From NCBI RefSeq assembly GCF_006345805.1, contig NW_021827564.1, forward strand, positions 1-27,902: a DNA stretch of 27,902 nucleotides. Reading direction: 5' to 3'. The stretch's first letter is position 1. Each line of letters begins with the position of its first letter. Made by a program: the position numbers and the translations under genes. This DNA is from Octopus sinensis. Taxonomy: Eukaryota. Of this stretch, positions 9,588 to 20,668 are shown piece by piece. The notes beneath the pieces are model-generated. The model had not been told where the DNA came from, searched no databases, and saw nothing but the letters and a program-made list of their open reading frames with translations.

Positions 9588-10268
9588 AATAGTGCTGTAT
9601 GCCTCATTGTCTCTAGGGTTGCGCATTGACATAATCAGTAGTATTTTGAGATGAGGTGTTACGTTTTGTTGCACTTAGCGTTTTAATGCCTGATTTCTTG
9701 ACTCGTTTAATTCCATCGCCTATAAGTGAGAGTTGATATTGTCTCTCAATTAGTATTGTTCTGAGGTCTTGAAGACGGAGGCCTTGCGTATTTCTATCTG
9801 ACACTATTGTGCAAATCCTTTTTGCTAAATTAAAGGGTTTATTCCTTTTGATGTGTTTCGGGTAGCATCAGCTAAACACAAGATATTGTTTCGAGTCCCT
9901 TGCCTTATGATAAATGTCAGTTAAAATTTGGTTTTTTAATCATAATATCTAAGAAAGGGGGCTATTCTTTGCTTTTTTCTATAGTAAATAGAATGCTAGA
10001 GTTTATATTATTTAGTATTGATTTAAATTCCAAAAGTTTATCAATGGTTTCATTCCAAATGATAACGTAGTCATCCAGATATCTTTTCTAGTTCTCTCTT
10101 ATATAATGGTGAAATGGATGTCCATATTTTTGCAGTGACACTTTATATATGGTAATTCAAAATATCCCATTATTAGGTTCGCAAGAACAGGGGCTGCTTT
10201 CGTTTCCATCGCAATCCCGCATTTTTAACGATAGTAGGCGTCATCAAATAAGAAATAATTATTCTGAA

Positions 10269-10521
10269 ATATATATTTTTGTTTCAATATGTGTGTGTAT
10301 GTTTGTGTGTCTGTGTTTGTCCCTCCAACATCGCTTGACAACCGATGCTGGTGTGTTTACGTCTCCGTAACTTAGTGGTGCGGCAAAAGAGAACGATAGA
10401 ATAAGTACTAGGCTTACGAAGAATAAGTCCTGGGGTCGATTGCTCGACTAAAGGCGGTGCTCCAGCATGACCACAGTCACATGACTGAAACAGTAAAAGA
10501 ATAAAAGAAAAGAAAGAAAAA
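10269..10521 (+). mobile_element. CORE-like SINE, 3' half only
   Basis: tgtgtgtctgtgtttgtccctccaacatcgcttgacaaccgatgctgg...gactgaaacagtaaaagaataaaag. Confidence 0.9.
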
Positions 10522-10677
10522 ATACTGATTTTTGTTTTGTTCGATAAATTGGTTTTTCTCCTGTATATTTTGTTCCAATGTGTGTCCCTGTTTCTCCCCA
10601 CTCGGTCTAAAAACTGTTTGCTGCAATCTGGTTGGTGGAAACTATTTGTGCTATTGATTACATTAATATTATATTAA

Positions 10678-10914
10678 AGCGGCGAGCTGGCAGAAACGTT
10701 AGCATGCCGGTCGAAATGTTTAGCGGTATTTCGTCTGCCGTTACGTTCCGAGTTCAAATTCCGCCGAGGTCGACTTTGCCTTTCATCCTTTCGGGGTCGA
10801 TAAATTAAGTACCAGTTACGCACTGATGTCGATGTAATCAACTTAATCCCTTTGTCTGTCCTTGTGTGTCCCCCCCCCCTGCTGTGTAGCCCCTTGTGGG
10901 TAATAAAGAAATAG
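10678..10914 (+). mobile_element. Full-length Deu/Nin-like SINE (tail type A)
   Basis: gcggcgagctggcagaaacgttag...gagttcaaattccgccgaggtcgactttgcctttcatcctttcggggtcgataaattaagtaccag...ccccttgtgggtaataaagaaatag; TSD atattaa (10671-10677 / 10915-10921). Confidence 0.93.
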
Positions 10915-11302
10915 ATATTAAGATTGTTGGGTGGCTGGTTTTGCTGTTTTCGGAAATTGGTTGAAAGTACGTATTTCGGGTTTCGTCGTTGGTATAAATT
11001 GACAAGGTTTTTAATTATCTTTGAGATAGGGTGGGGATCCTGTCTGGGTAAATACGCTGGAATTCCGTAGGTCGAGTTTCTTCGATGAGGGATAGAAGTC
11101 TCTTTGAGGTATCTAGTTGTCGATTTGTTCAAGTATTTCTTATTAGTGAGTTGCTCCTATTCCTAGATTGAAAACGGTTTCCTTCCAAGTCAGCTGTTAG
11201 TTTTGTGTGTTTGTGTGCTTTTAGATGTTTATCGTTTAATTTAGTTGGATATTTATTTATTTCTCTACATGTGTTCGTTCTAGATTTTATATATATGAGT
11301 GT

Positions 11303-11356
11303 GTGTGTATGTAAGTGTGTGTGTATGTAAGTGTGTGTGTATGTAAGTGTGTGTGT
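11303..11356. repeat. 14-bp tandem repeat (gtgtgtgtatgtaa)x3
   Basis: Direct tandem repeat. Confidence 0.85.
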
Positions 11357-11385
11357 TATTTAAGCTTATATAAATGCATTTATTT

Positions 11386-11520
11386 TTTTGAGTTCAAATC
11401 CCGCCAATGTCACCTTTGCTTTTGATCCTTCGGGGATCGATATTTTTTAAGTACCAATTACTTGCCACAAATTGATTGTATAAACTCATTACTCCGTTAA
11501 AAATTGCCAGCATTGCGACA
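11386..11520 (+). mobile_element. Degenerate Deu/Nin-like SINE fragment
   Basis: gagttcaaatcccgccaatgtcacctttgcttttgatccttcggggatcgat...aagtacc. Confidence 0.75.
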
Positions 11521-12204
11521 TAAGTAAGAAATTTCTTTTCTGTTTTTTTTTTTCTTGTTTTTTTTTTTTTTTTTTTTTTAAATTATATTCTCTGCACGGG
11601 AAGTTTTCCCTCGAAATTGAAGATTATAGTTATGATGATGATGACGCCGGTGTTGTTGTTGATGCTGATGATGTTGATGATGATGATGAGGAGGAGGAGA
11701 AGGATATAAATGAGAAAGCTTGTTATTGAGTCCCTACTCCTTGCCGATTTATTTTATCATTGCGGCTTAATATTTTTGTTGTTGCTGTTGACATTACCGC
11801 TCCTGTTTGTTTATGCTGTCTGAGACTACGATAAAAGATTCAATGATTGGCCATTGACAAACTTATAATACATCATGGCCGTATGTTCTTCATCTCTGAC
11901 AGCCACTTCGTATCGGTATTCATATTTCTAAAAGACTACAGTATTATCTCTGGTAAACCTAATCGAACCATCCAACAAATATACATACATTTATATATAT
12001 ATATAGATTATATAAATATCGAATGTTATTTTAAACAAAACTTTCAGATGTCTGTCAAATCTGATAAAATTTGTATGTAGGTGTCCTTATATATACGTAT
12101 GTATGTTTGTGTGTGCATGGGTGTGTGTGTGCGTGCGTGATCTTGCACATGCCTTCACCACTGAAAATGGATAATCTGTGAGAGTAGCCTAAAAGCTATA
12201 ATAT

Positions 12205-12248
12205 TACGTAAATGTATATATACGTAAATGTATATATACGTAAATGTA
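12205..12248. repeat. 16-bp tandem repeat (tacgtaaatgtatata) x about 2.7
   Basis: Direct tandem repeat. Confidence 0.9.
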
Positions 12249-12752
12249 GACCAATGAGCTTGAGGGCTCAATACCGCATTGGCGAATAAAGTTTCTTTAT
12301 GTTAGAGAAAAAAATTCCCGACTGTTTCTGTCAATTCATACCAATACATACGTCTAAAGCAAATTTTCCTCAGAAGCCCTTAAATTACTATCGTGGATCC
12401 CTAATTTGCTATTTTGTCGTGTGGACACCGCAAAATCTTATATGGAACCCGGTTTAGAACCATTGGAATTGACCATTTCGAAGAACGAAGAATTATATGG
12501 ATCTAACCCTGTATATTGTCTCCTCATGAAGAAAGATTGAGGGAAGGAACTAAAGATTTCCATAGCTTTCTTCCTTTGTGTGTGTATGTGGGGTGGGGGA
12601 GAAACCTGGCTGGTATTTGTCAGTTGGTGTTGCACTTCTTCAACGTATACATTTTAAGGTTAGATTTTGTCATGGAACTAGAATACTCTTTTAGAGAAAT
12701 GAGACACACAGACACACAAAAAGAAAATAAAATTCAGTCCGATTTTTAAAAA

Positions 12753-14661
12753 ACCCACTTTCCTGGAACAGAACTCTATCCCTCACCAAGCTTAAAAAGG
12801 TTGTAAAAGGAATTCTTATGGCTGCAAAGATCAATTATTCATAAATAAAATGATTGTAGAGAATTGCCGGAGCAAAAATAAGAATCTAAGTGTGGCATGG
12901 ATAGACTACATGATAGAGTTTGATAGTGTCCCACATAACTGGTTACACAAGGCCCGTGAGATATATAAGATCTCTCCTGTCATCTCCAAATTCTCAATAG
13001 GTAGCATGGCCAAACGCGTCTCCTTCTAAACTATAGTAATGGAATGAACCACTCTAACAACATCAATATCAAACGAGGCATTTTTCAAGGTAACTCGCTC
13101 TCTCCATTACTCTTTTGCATGGCACCAATCTCATTCTCAAACGAACTAAATAACACTCAGGTATGGATATAAAGTTTACAATACGACAATAAAACATCTG
13201 TTTTATATGGACGATCTGAATCTTTTTGCTAGAAATTTTGGAGACGTTGTAGACTGTTAACAACTGGATTTTGGCCTTGCTAAGTGTTCTAAAGTAACTT
13301 TTGTAAAAGGCACGCGCAAACAAACAGATTCCATTAAATTAGATATCGACACTACTGTCAAGGAGCTTGACCCACTAGGAGGCTATGAATATCTGGGGAT
13401 AAACAAAGGAGACGGTATACATGTTACCATGAAGGAAAAAATAAGAAAGGAGTATTACAGAAGATTAAGTCTCATACTAAAAACTGAAATCAACTTCAAA
13501 AATCGCACCGTAGCCATTAACACCATGGAATTTCCAGTAGTCCTATACAGAGCTCCAATTCTTGGACAAGAAGACAAGGAAACTGCTAACATCTAAGAAC
13601 ATGCATCACCCAAAATCAGATGTTGATCATCTGTACCTACCTACCTAAAAGTAATGAAAGAAGAGAATGGTGCAGTTAGAACTGTGCTATAAAACCTCCA
13701 CAATAACGATGAACAAGCATTTATCTAGTACAGAGGACTGGATGCTGCGGCTTGTGTGCAAAAACGAAGGTAGTAAAAAGTCACAATCTATTGTCAAGGA
13801 AGCTTGCAAATTCGCCAAGGGACTTGGTATTAACCCTGAAATAGATGAAGAACCTGAAACCACTGTAATCAAACAAGTAAAACGGATCAAACAGACTGCA
13901 AAAACGAAAGGGGAGAAACAAAATGAAGAGCAGTGGAGTCAGAAACCTCTGCTTGGACAGTATATACTTCGAAGCCGAAATACTGATGTAGACCAAACAA
14001 CAGTCCCTCAGTGGCTGAGAAGTTCAGGACTGAAAGCAGAGACTGAAGGTTTCATATTGGCAGCACAAGAGCAAGCTTGCTTACAGAGAAAACTACCAGG
14101 CTAACGTTCTTCAAAACGGTTCTGACCCAAAATTCACACTCTGCGATACATTTGATGAAACAATAAACCATATATTGTGTCCTGTGCTGACACTAAACGA
14201 ATACAAAAATCGCCATGATAGGGTAGGACGGTATTTACATTGGAAAATATTTAAGCGCTACAAAATCAGGAATCCTACTTTCTCTTATGAACTTCATCTT
14301 GAGCCAGTCATTGTCCTCTAGGATTTTCCAGTCAACACTGACAGAACGATCCAGGCTAATCGACCAGACATAATTATTAAAGACAAGGAAGAAAAGACTT
14401 GTACGCCAATAGGTGTAAGTGTTCCCACTGATAAAAATATATCTGTGAAGGAATTTGACAAATTAAGTAAATATAAGGATCTCAAAATTGAAATACAAAA
14501 GATGTGGCCTTTTAAAGCGAGAACTGTTCTTGTTATTGTGGGTGCTCTAGGTATGATAAGAAAGGGATGTCAGAAACATCTAGATAAATTCCAGAAGAAC
14601 CATGTCTCAGAGAAATCTGATAACTACTGCCCATATCCTTAGGAAAACCCTATCAATTTAA
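12753..14661 (+). mobile_element. R4/Dong-clade (RLE) non-LTR retrotransposon remnant, 5'-truncated and frameshifted
   Basis: KGCKRNSYGCKDQLFINKMIVENC...AWIDY..FDSVPH, IFQGNSLSP, FYMDD (13201-13215) and WLRSSGLKAETEGFILAAQEQA. Downstream are decayed zinc-knuckle LCDTFDETINHI, RHDRVGRYLHW, RPD (14361-14369) and KEFDKLSKYKDL; ends HILRKTLSI-stop (14659-14661). Confidence 0.92.
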
Positions 14662-15014
14662 ATGTCTGTGTTGCCAGATCATAGTGCTAGTGCATGCATA
14701 TACAGCTGCGTGTGTGCGCACATACACGCGAGTACTGTCCAAATCTCTGACCAATCACATACAGCTAGCTGGCATTCAATTGGCGTATCAAGTTTCGGGC
14801 ATTTTGATTGGGTTTTGGATAGAAAATTCACAAAAAAGTCACTTGTATTGATTGTTAATGGCTTTGCGGGGTGACTGGGGAAATGTAAAGATGTACACGA
14901 CCACCATTGGATGATTTTGAATGACCATAGAAAGTGCGAGCCCTCTAACTGAAAAATTGTGGATTTGTATAAAGGACACGCACACATACATTTTACCGTT
15001 TACATATAGAGAGA
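14662..15014 (-). mobile_element. Non-autonomous Helitron, 3'-truncated in its terminal hairpin
   Basis: Minus strand starts A|TCTCTCTATAT and aligns along its length to 16105-16440; ends after actagcactatgatctggcaac. Confidence 0.85.
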
Positions 15015-15970
15015 TATATGTATGTGTACATATACACACATATATACAAATGCACCACGCACACACACACATATGCATACATGATATACATATATACATA
15101 CCTGAAGATGCTCATACCTATATAGATAAACGTGTATAGACATGCGTATTTGTTTATTAGATTGTTTATTCTCTATTGGAAGGCGGATCATTTTATCTAA
15201 AATCCTGAATTGATATAAATGTCACAATACAATGAATGGAAAACTACGATTCATTGGGGCGGTGGTTTCATCTATATCTTTTGGTTTTTAGACTGTTTTT
15301 ATCTAATATAATTCACTGAACTTGTGATCTGCCTGTCAATGTTCCACTCCGCTGCCATTGTTTACTTATCAAACAAATATTTATTTTCTTAATGAGGTTT
15401 ATTTTAATATATTTATTGCACAAAATTTTCTACGGCTTTTCATCACTTTCAAAGAATGTTACATTCTCAATTCATAATGGTCAATATTCTAAGAAATATG
15501 GCGGACATCCACTTCCTTTAGTGGTCCAGCGGAAAATATTGGTTTTTTTCAGATGTGTGAACTCTATCGTAATGGAAATAAATTATAATAAATCTTGCTC
15601 AACAATATTTATATTTTTTCTGAAATAGTCAAATCTCATATTAATGCATAAATATTCTGAATTATATTCGTATTTATCCTGACGAAGGCATTTTTTTTTT
15701 TGCGGTGGGGAGCACTTTTGAGTTGAGTGTTGAAATGATATTTCATTCGTAATTAGTAGTTCATGAGGGAAGAACGTATTTATTTTCACAAGAGATCGGG
15801 CATAATGTAGGGTTTACTACTTAATAACATGTTAATAAATTTCTAGTTAGACGCAAAAATTATTTGCGTAATTTTTGCCGAAGGTTCACCGCCAAACAGT
15901 AATTCTAGCTGATCATAACAGAGTAAGCTGCAAGAAAATAAATATGTGGAACCTTACATATATATAAATA

Positions 15971-17577
15971 TAAGGTGTCCCGAAATTAAAGCAACTGAAG
16001 TTTCGGGCTTTAATAACTATCAATAAATATGATAATTACACATCAGTATAAAAGCTTAGTGCGTCTTCTTTTTGTTTCAGGCTAAATAAATTCAGATTTA
16101 TAAATCTCTCTATATATAAAGGCAAAATGCTCGTGAGGGCGTGTCCTTTATACAAATCCACAATTTTTCAGTTAGAGAGCTTGCACTTTCTATGGTCATT
16201 CAAAACCGTCCAAGGGTGGTCGTGCACATCTTTACATTTCTCCAGTCACCCTGCAAAGCCATTAAAAAATCAATAGAAGTGACTTTTTTGTGAATTTTCT
16301 ATTCAAAACCCAATCAAAATGCCCGAAACTTGATACGCCAATTGAATGCCAGCTAGCTGTATGTGATTGGTCGGAGATTTGGACAGTACTCGCGTGTACG
16401 CACGCAGTTGTACATGCACTAGCATTATGACCCGGCAACGCCAGGTCATAGTGCTAGTTAAATAATAGTTATCGACCGAAATACAATGATAACCTGCCAA
16501 ATGGAGGCAAAAGTAATACAACTCTAGCCAAAAAAAGATTAAAATTAATCGAAAAACAATCTAGAAAATTGTTAAGAAATTTCAAGAGACTGGTTGCACC
16601 ACTGATCGACCTGGATGTAGCCGACAATGAAGTGTGAGGACTCTTCAGCTTATCAAGGTATGAGAGAAATGATACGGCAGAATCCTCGTCGTTTCGTCAG
16701 AAAACTGGCTGCCACAGCAATTCAAAAAGCCGAACATCGATGTAGCAAGTGCTGAAGGAGGATCGAAGGACACATCTCTAAAAGATGATCCACCGTCATG
16801 AGCTCACGCGAGTTTATAAGGCCACGAGACTGGAGAGAAACCATCTTATCCTGCAGCAGATTGCTGAAGGCACGCTGCCCAACTTGATGTTCATTGATTA
16901 AGTGAAATTTAACATCGAACAGAGAGTAAACCACCAAAATAAACGTCGTTGGAGTGGATCTAGCACCGTCGAAAGTAGACGGCCGATGTGAAAATACACA
17001 GTCAATTATGGTCTGAGCGGCTTTGAAAGCCACTGGAAGGTCTCACCTCGTTTTTGTACCCTCGGGGTGTTAAAATTAACATCCAGCGATACATTAGCGA
17101 CATTCTGAAAGCCGAACTGTTTCAATAGGAGAATTAACACTTTCAAGGTGCACCTTGGAGCCTCCAACAGGACTCCGCATCATCCTACAGCTCCAACACT
17201 GGATTCAGAAAATCATTCCGTCGTTGACAGGCAAGGATGTATATAGCTCTGAAGAAGCCCCGATCTCAACCCGTTGGATTTTTCTGTTTGGTCTACTTTG
17301 AAGACGAAGGTCTCGGGTACTCCTCATATTTCGCTCGACGCTCTGAAGGCAAAACTGCACCAAGGAAGGGCTCTGATTCCACAAGAACAGCTGCGTGCTG
17401 CGAGTGAAGCATTTCCACCTCGAATTAAGGCAGAAATTCGAAACAGATGTGGTCATATCGAATAAATGTGATGATGCCATAATTGTGTTTCATTGCAACG
17501 CTCGGACCTGAAATATAACAATATTTTTCTTTGGCAAAACTGAAAAAAGCTGGTTGCCTTCCTTTGGAGACACCCTG
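15971..17577 (+). mobile_element. Decayed Tc1/mariner-superfamily transposon (maT/DD37D-like), with nested Helitron
   Basis: Imperfect 26-bp TIRs (taaggtgtcccgaaattaaagcaact vs cagggtgtctccaaaggaaggcaacc, 18/26) with TA on both sides. Transposase relics: FNIEQRVNHQN, LQQDSA, SPDLNPLDFSVWSTLKTKVSGTPHISLDALKAKL, GHIE-stop. The D-D spacing cannot be counted because of a deletion. Confidence 0.88.
16105..16457 (+). mobile_element. Complete non-autonomous Helitron
   Basis: 5' A|TC (16105), 3' CTAG|T (16454-16458), subterminal hairpin tatgacccggc-aac-gccaggtcata. Confidence 0.9.
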
Positions 17578-17648
17578 TATATACATATATTAATCTATTC
17601 CCGCTGTTAAATTATGGGCCACAGGACGCACAGGAGCCTATTAAGGAA

Positions 17649-17653
<5 letters not shown>

Positions 17654-17722
<69 letters not shown>
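17654..17722. repeat. (CA)n(TA)n microsatellite
   Basis: Direct tandem repeat. Confidence 0.95.
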
Positions 17723-17724
<2 letters not shown>

Positions 17725-18249
17725 CTGATCATGTTTCAAATTAAAACGCAATTAAATTTCTCAAAAGTTTAAAAAGGTAATTTGGTTAATATTCCTGTTA
17801 GAAAGTAGAGTAGATTATTTTGAAAGTTTAACTTGTTATACAATTTCACAATCACCTTAACATAAAATCTTATGTTTGAAAAATGCAGAACGAAATTAAA
17901 GCATTTTGTTAGCAAACTTCATTTATGAAATCATTTGCAATATACTTTACTGTCTCATAATTTACTGCACAAATATGGACGCCATTTTGAAGCTAACCTA
18001 TATTTTAATTTAGTTAAATGACGACAATCTATCCTTGCCAACAGCAAATAAAAACTATAAAAAACATACAAAATTATAGATGAAAAATTGGCAATGTTTT
18101 GATAACGACAGAGCCGTGATGTGGAATAAAACAAAAGCTTGTTATCCGCCTAAAGATTATGCTAATTATACGAGCTTGTGTTTAAAGATATGATTATATA
18201 CATACGTACATGCACAAAACGAACATATATGAGTATGTACATTAATATA

Positions 18250-18440
18250 CATAGTTACATACACACATACATACATACATACATACATACATACATACAT
18301 ACATACATGCATACATATATATTATATTTATGTATATATATTTACATAACTGTATATGAATATATATGTGTATGTGAGTGGGTATATATATGTGTGTGTG
18401 TGTGTATGTATATGTATATATATGTATATGGATATATATT
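18250..18440. repeat. (CATA)n/(TA)n/(TG)n mosaic
   Basis: Direct tandem repeats. Confidence 0.9.
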
Positions 18441-18826
18441 TATTGCTTCATTCATTTGACTGCGGCCATGCTGGAGCACCGCTTTTAGTCGAGCAAATCG
18501 ACGCCAGGACTTATTCTTTGTAAGCCTAGTACTTATTCTACCGAATTCTTTTACCGAACCGCTAAGTTACGGGGGCGTAAACACACCAGCATCGGTTGTC
18601 AAGCGATGTTGGGGGACAAACATCCACACACAAACATTTACAGATACATACATACATATATATATTATATATATATATATACGACAGGATTCTTTCAGTT
18701 TCCGTCTACCAAATCCACTCACAAGGCTTTGGTAGAAGACACATGCCCAAGATGCCAGCAGTAGAACTGAACCCGAAACCATGTAGTTGGGAAGCAGGAT
18801 ACTTACCACACAGCCACTCCTGCGTC
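18441..18826 (-). mobile_element. CORE-like tRNA-SINE with small internal deletions
   Basis: Reverse complement of the 3828/9137 element; head ...cttaccacacagccactcctgcgtct. Confidence 0.92.
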
Positions 18827-19028
18827 TAAATTTATAATATATAATACATACATGCATACATATATACATACATATTACATATATATACATACACATACGC
18901 AGGCATACATATCACACATATATACATTCCCAAACATAATATACTTACGTGTGCCTCTCCTTCTGTGTGCATGCGTATATATAGAGGGGAAGTGAAGAAA
19001 AAGAGACATAAATACGTGCGGGCGTACA

Positions 19029-19066
<38 letters not shown>

Positions 19067-19333
19067 TATTCATATTTCGCTTAGGCATAGCACAAGTAAT
19101 AACCTATTGTTAGGACTTAGTATAGATGAATCAGACATTAACCGACGAAGTATTGTTTTATTCTAAATTATTGGATCAGTAAATTGAAATTAAATCTAAT
19201 GACAAAGGAACGAGGAATTATGGAATAACGATAATGGTACTGCCTTTAGACCGGCATCAGAGGTGCGTTAATTAGTCATTGATGTGTTAAAATCATTCTT
19301 TGCTTTCTCATGTTTGCTCTTTGCTAAATCCAC

Positions 19334-19743
19334 AGACACGGTTTTATAAAATTATTAACCATCTCATAGACAATAACTCTGAGCACCGTTTCAAACTCCA
19401 CCTGTCTAACACCCGTGGACATGTTTACAAAGTCAGAAAACAGCACAGCTCCCATGACTTTAGGAAACATTTTTTCACGTTGAGAGTTGCTGAAGCATGG
19501 AACAAACTGCCGGCATCAGTTGTTAGTTATCAGAGCACTGCATCCTTTAAAACTTCCATGCTTCCTAAGATTCGCCAACACTACACCTGATTTCCTCCCC
19601 TCCATACACACGCAAGCATGTATCTGATTCATATACTGTTCACTTCCCAGACATTTGTACATTACTGCATATACTTTATACGCACCTTTTGACAAGTTGT
19701 GGTGCACCTGAGCACTGTATACAATAATTTCATTATTATTATT
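19334..19743 (+). mobile_element. CR1-clade LINE 3' end (5'-truncated)
   Basis: YKIINHL...NTRGHVYKVRK...FRKHFFTLRVAEAWNKLPASVV...FK, then a 3'UTR and (ATT)n tail. Confidence 0.92.
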
Positions 19744-19749
19744 TTACTT

Positions 19750-20250
19750 TCATGAAACCTGAAGAATTTCGATATCAGTCATGAAGCCGACAGTTCAGAT
19801 AATGCAAAGCTTGGTTTGAAAGCTGGATTCGAAATACCCAATATTTCTACCCTTCCAGGGTGTTTTAGGTATTGTAGAAGCCCGTAATTGTCAATTTTGG
19901 TAGAATCGTTAGAATCCCTAACACTACATTAACAGGCCTTTCCCTTATTTATCTTTTACAATCTCCCTCATCTTCTCATCTTCGTCCATCTTTCTCTTTC
20001 CTTCTTTTTCTTTCTCTCCGTCTACCCCCCTCTCTCTCTTTCTATCTTTCTAGATTTTAGATTCTTCTTTCACTTTATATTTTTCGTTGCTGATTTCTTT
20101 ATGTCTGGGTTCTTGTGGAGGAACCTGTCAGATGATAAAAAAGCACTCAGCTCTATGTGCACTGCACCCTGTAGCAGAAACAGCTGTAAGCTAATGGAAT
20201 ACATTACATAATTTCCTGTCTCCTTGTCATTTACTTAATCTCACAGACAC
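19750..20250. mobile_element. Probable Penelope-like-derived fragment with a decayed hammerhead
   Basis: cAgatga (20129-20135) ... GAAA-CAGCTG-TA (20177-20188) with palindromic P3; the family assignment is an inference. Confidence 0.4.
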
Positions 20251-20309
20251 ACTCATTGAAACATATATATTCGTTTAAATTTATACACTATACATATACA
20301 TATGTGTGT

Positions 20310-20492
20310 GTATACAGATATACATACATACATACATACATACATACATACATACATACATACATTCATACATACATACATACATACACCATACATACAT
20401 ACAATCATACATACATACATGCATACATACATACATACATAATAACATACTACATACATACATACATACATACATACATACAGCATACATAT
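20310..20492. repeat. (CATA)n microsatellite
   Basis: Direct tandem repeat. Confidence 0.95.
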
Positions 20493-20526
20493 ATAATCTG
20501 TAAATAATATGTGACATTATTCGGTA

Positions 20527-20595
20527 GCCAAGATAAAACTCTGAGTTTCGGATGCGAGGTGGAAATCCACACAACCATCTCTTCAGTTATCTGGC
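20527..20595 (-). ncRNA. Type I hammerhead ribozyme, left arm (GUU site)
   Basis: Minus strand GCCAGATAA-CTGAAGA-GATG...CATC-C-GAAA-CTC A GAG-TT-TTATCTTGGC. Confidence 0.75.
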
Positions 20596-20668
20596 CATCT
20601 GATAACTGAAGAGATGGTGGTGTGGATTTCCACCTCGGCATCCGAAACTCAGAGTGTTATCTTGGCTA
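20592..20668 (+). ncRNA. Type I hammerhead ribozyme, right arm (GUG site, predicted non-cleaving)
   Basis: TGGCCA-tct-GATAA-CTGAAGA (20606-20612)-GATG...CATC-C-GAAA (20644-20647)-CTC A GAG-TG-TTATC-t-TGGCTA. Confidence 0.72.

Larger units (their letters stand above)
8290..10268 (-). mobile_element. Penelope-like retroelement remnant (RT + GIY-YIG), interrupted by a SINE
   Basis: Minus-strand translation with stops and frameshifts gives GIAMETKAAPVLANLIMGYFE (RT motif 4, about 10155-10215) and RYLDDYVIIW (about 10055-10085). It also gives YLVFSxCYPKHIKRNKPFNLAKRICTIVS and ENLIYLVCCSGC...SMTLRQRTTLHKEQIRSPQYRQIPLSGHI (GIY-YIG, about 8730-8880). Confidence 0.9.

Noticed and set aside
10535-10590. 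Minus-strand THIGTKYTGEKP resembling a C2H2 zinc-finger linker
   Set aside because: No flanking C-x2-C or H-x3-H spacing; likely chance despite the known octopus ZNF expansion
13667-14104. 145-aa ORF as a host gene
   Set aside because: It is a fragment of the frameshifted R4/Dong ORF (WLRSSGLKAETEGFILAAQEQ motif)
15102-15136. CTGAAGA...aaacgtgta hammerhead-like string
   Set aside because: No P1 or P2 pairing and GAAA is broken; too decayed to support
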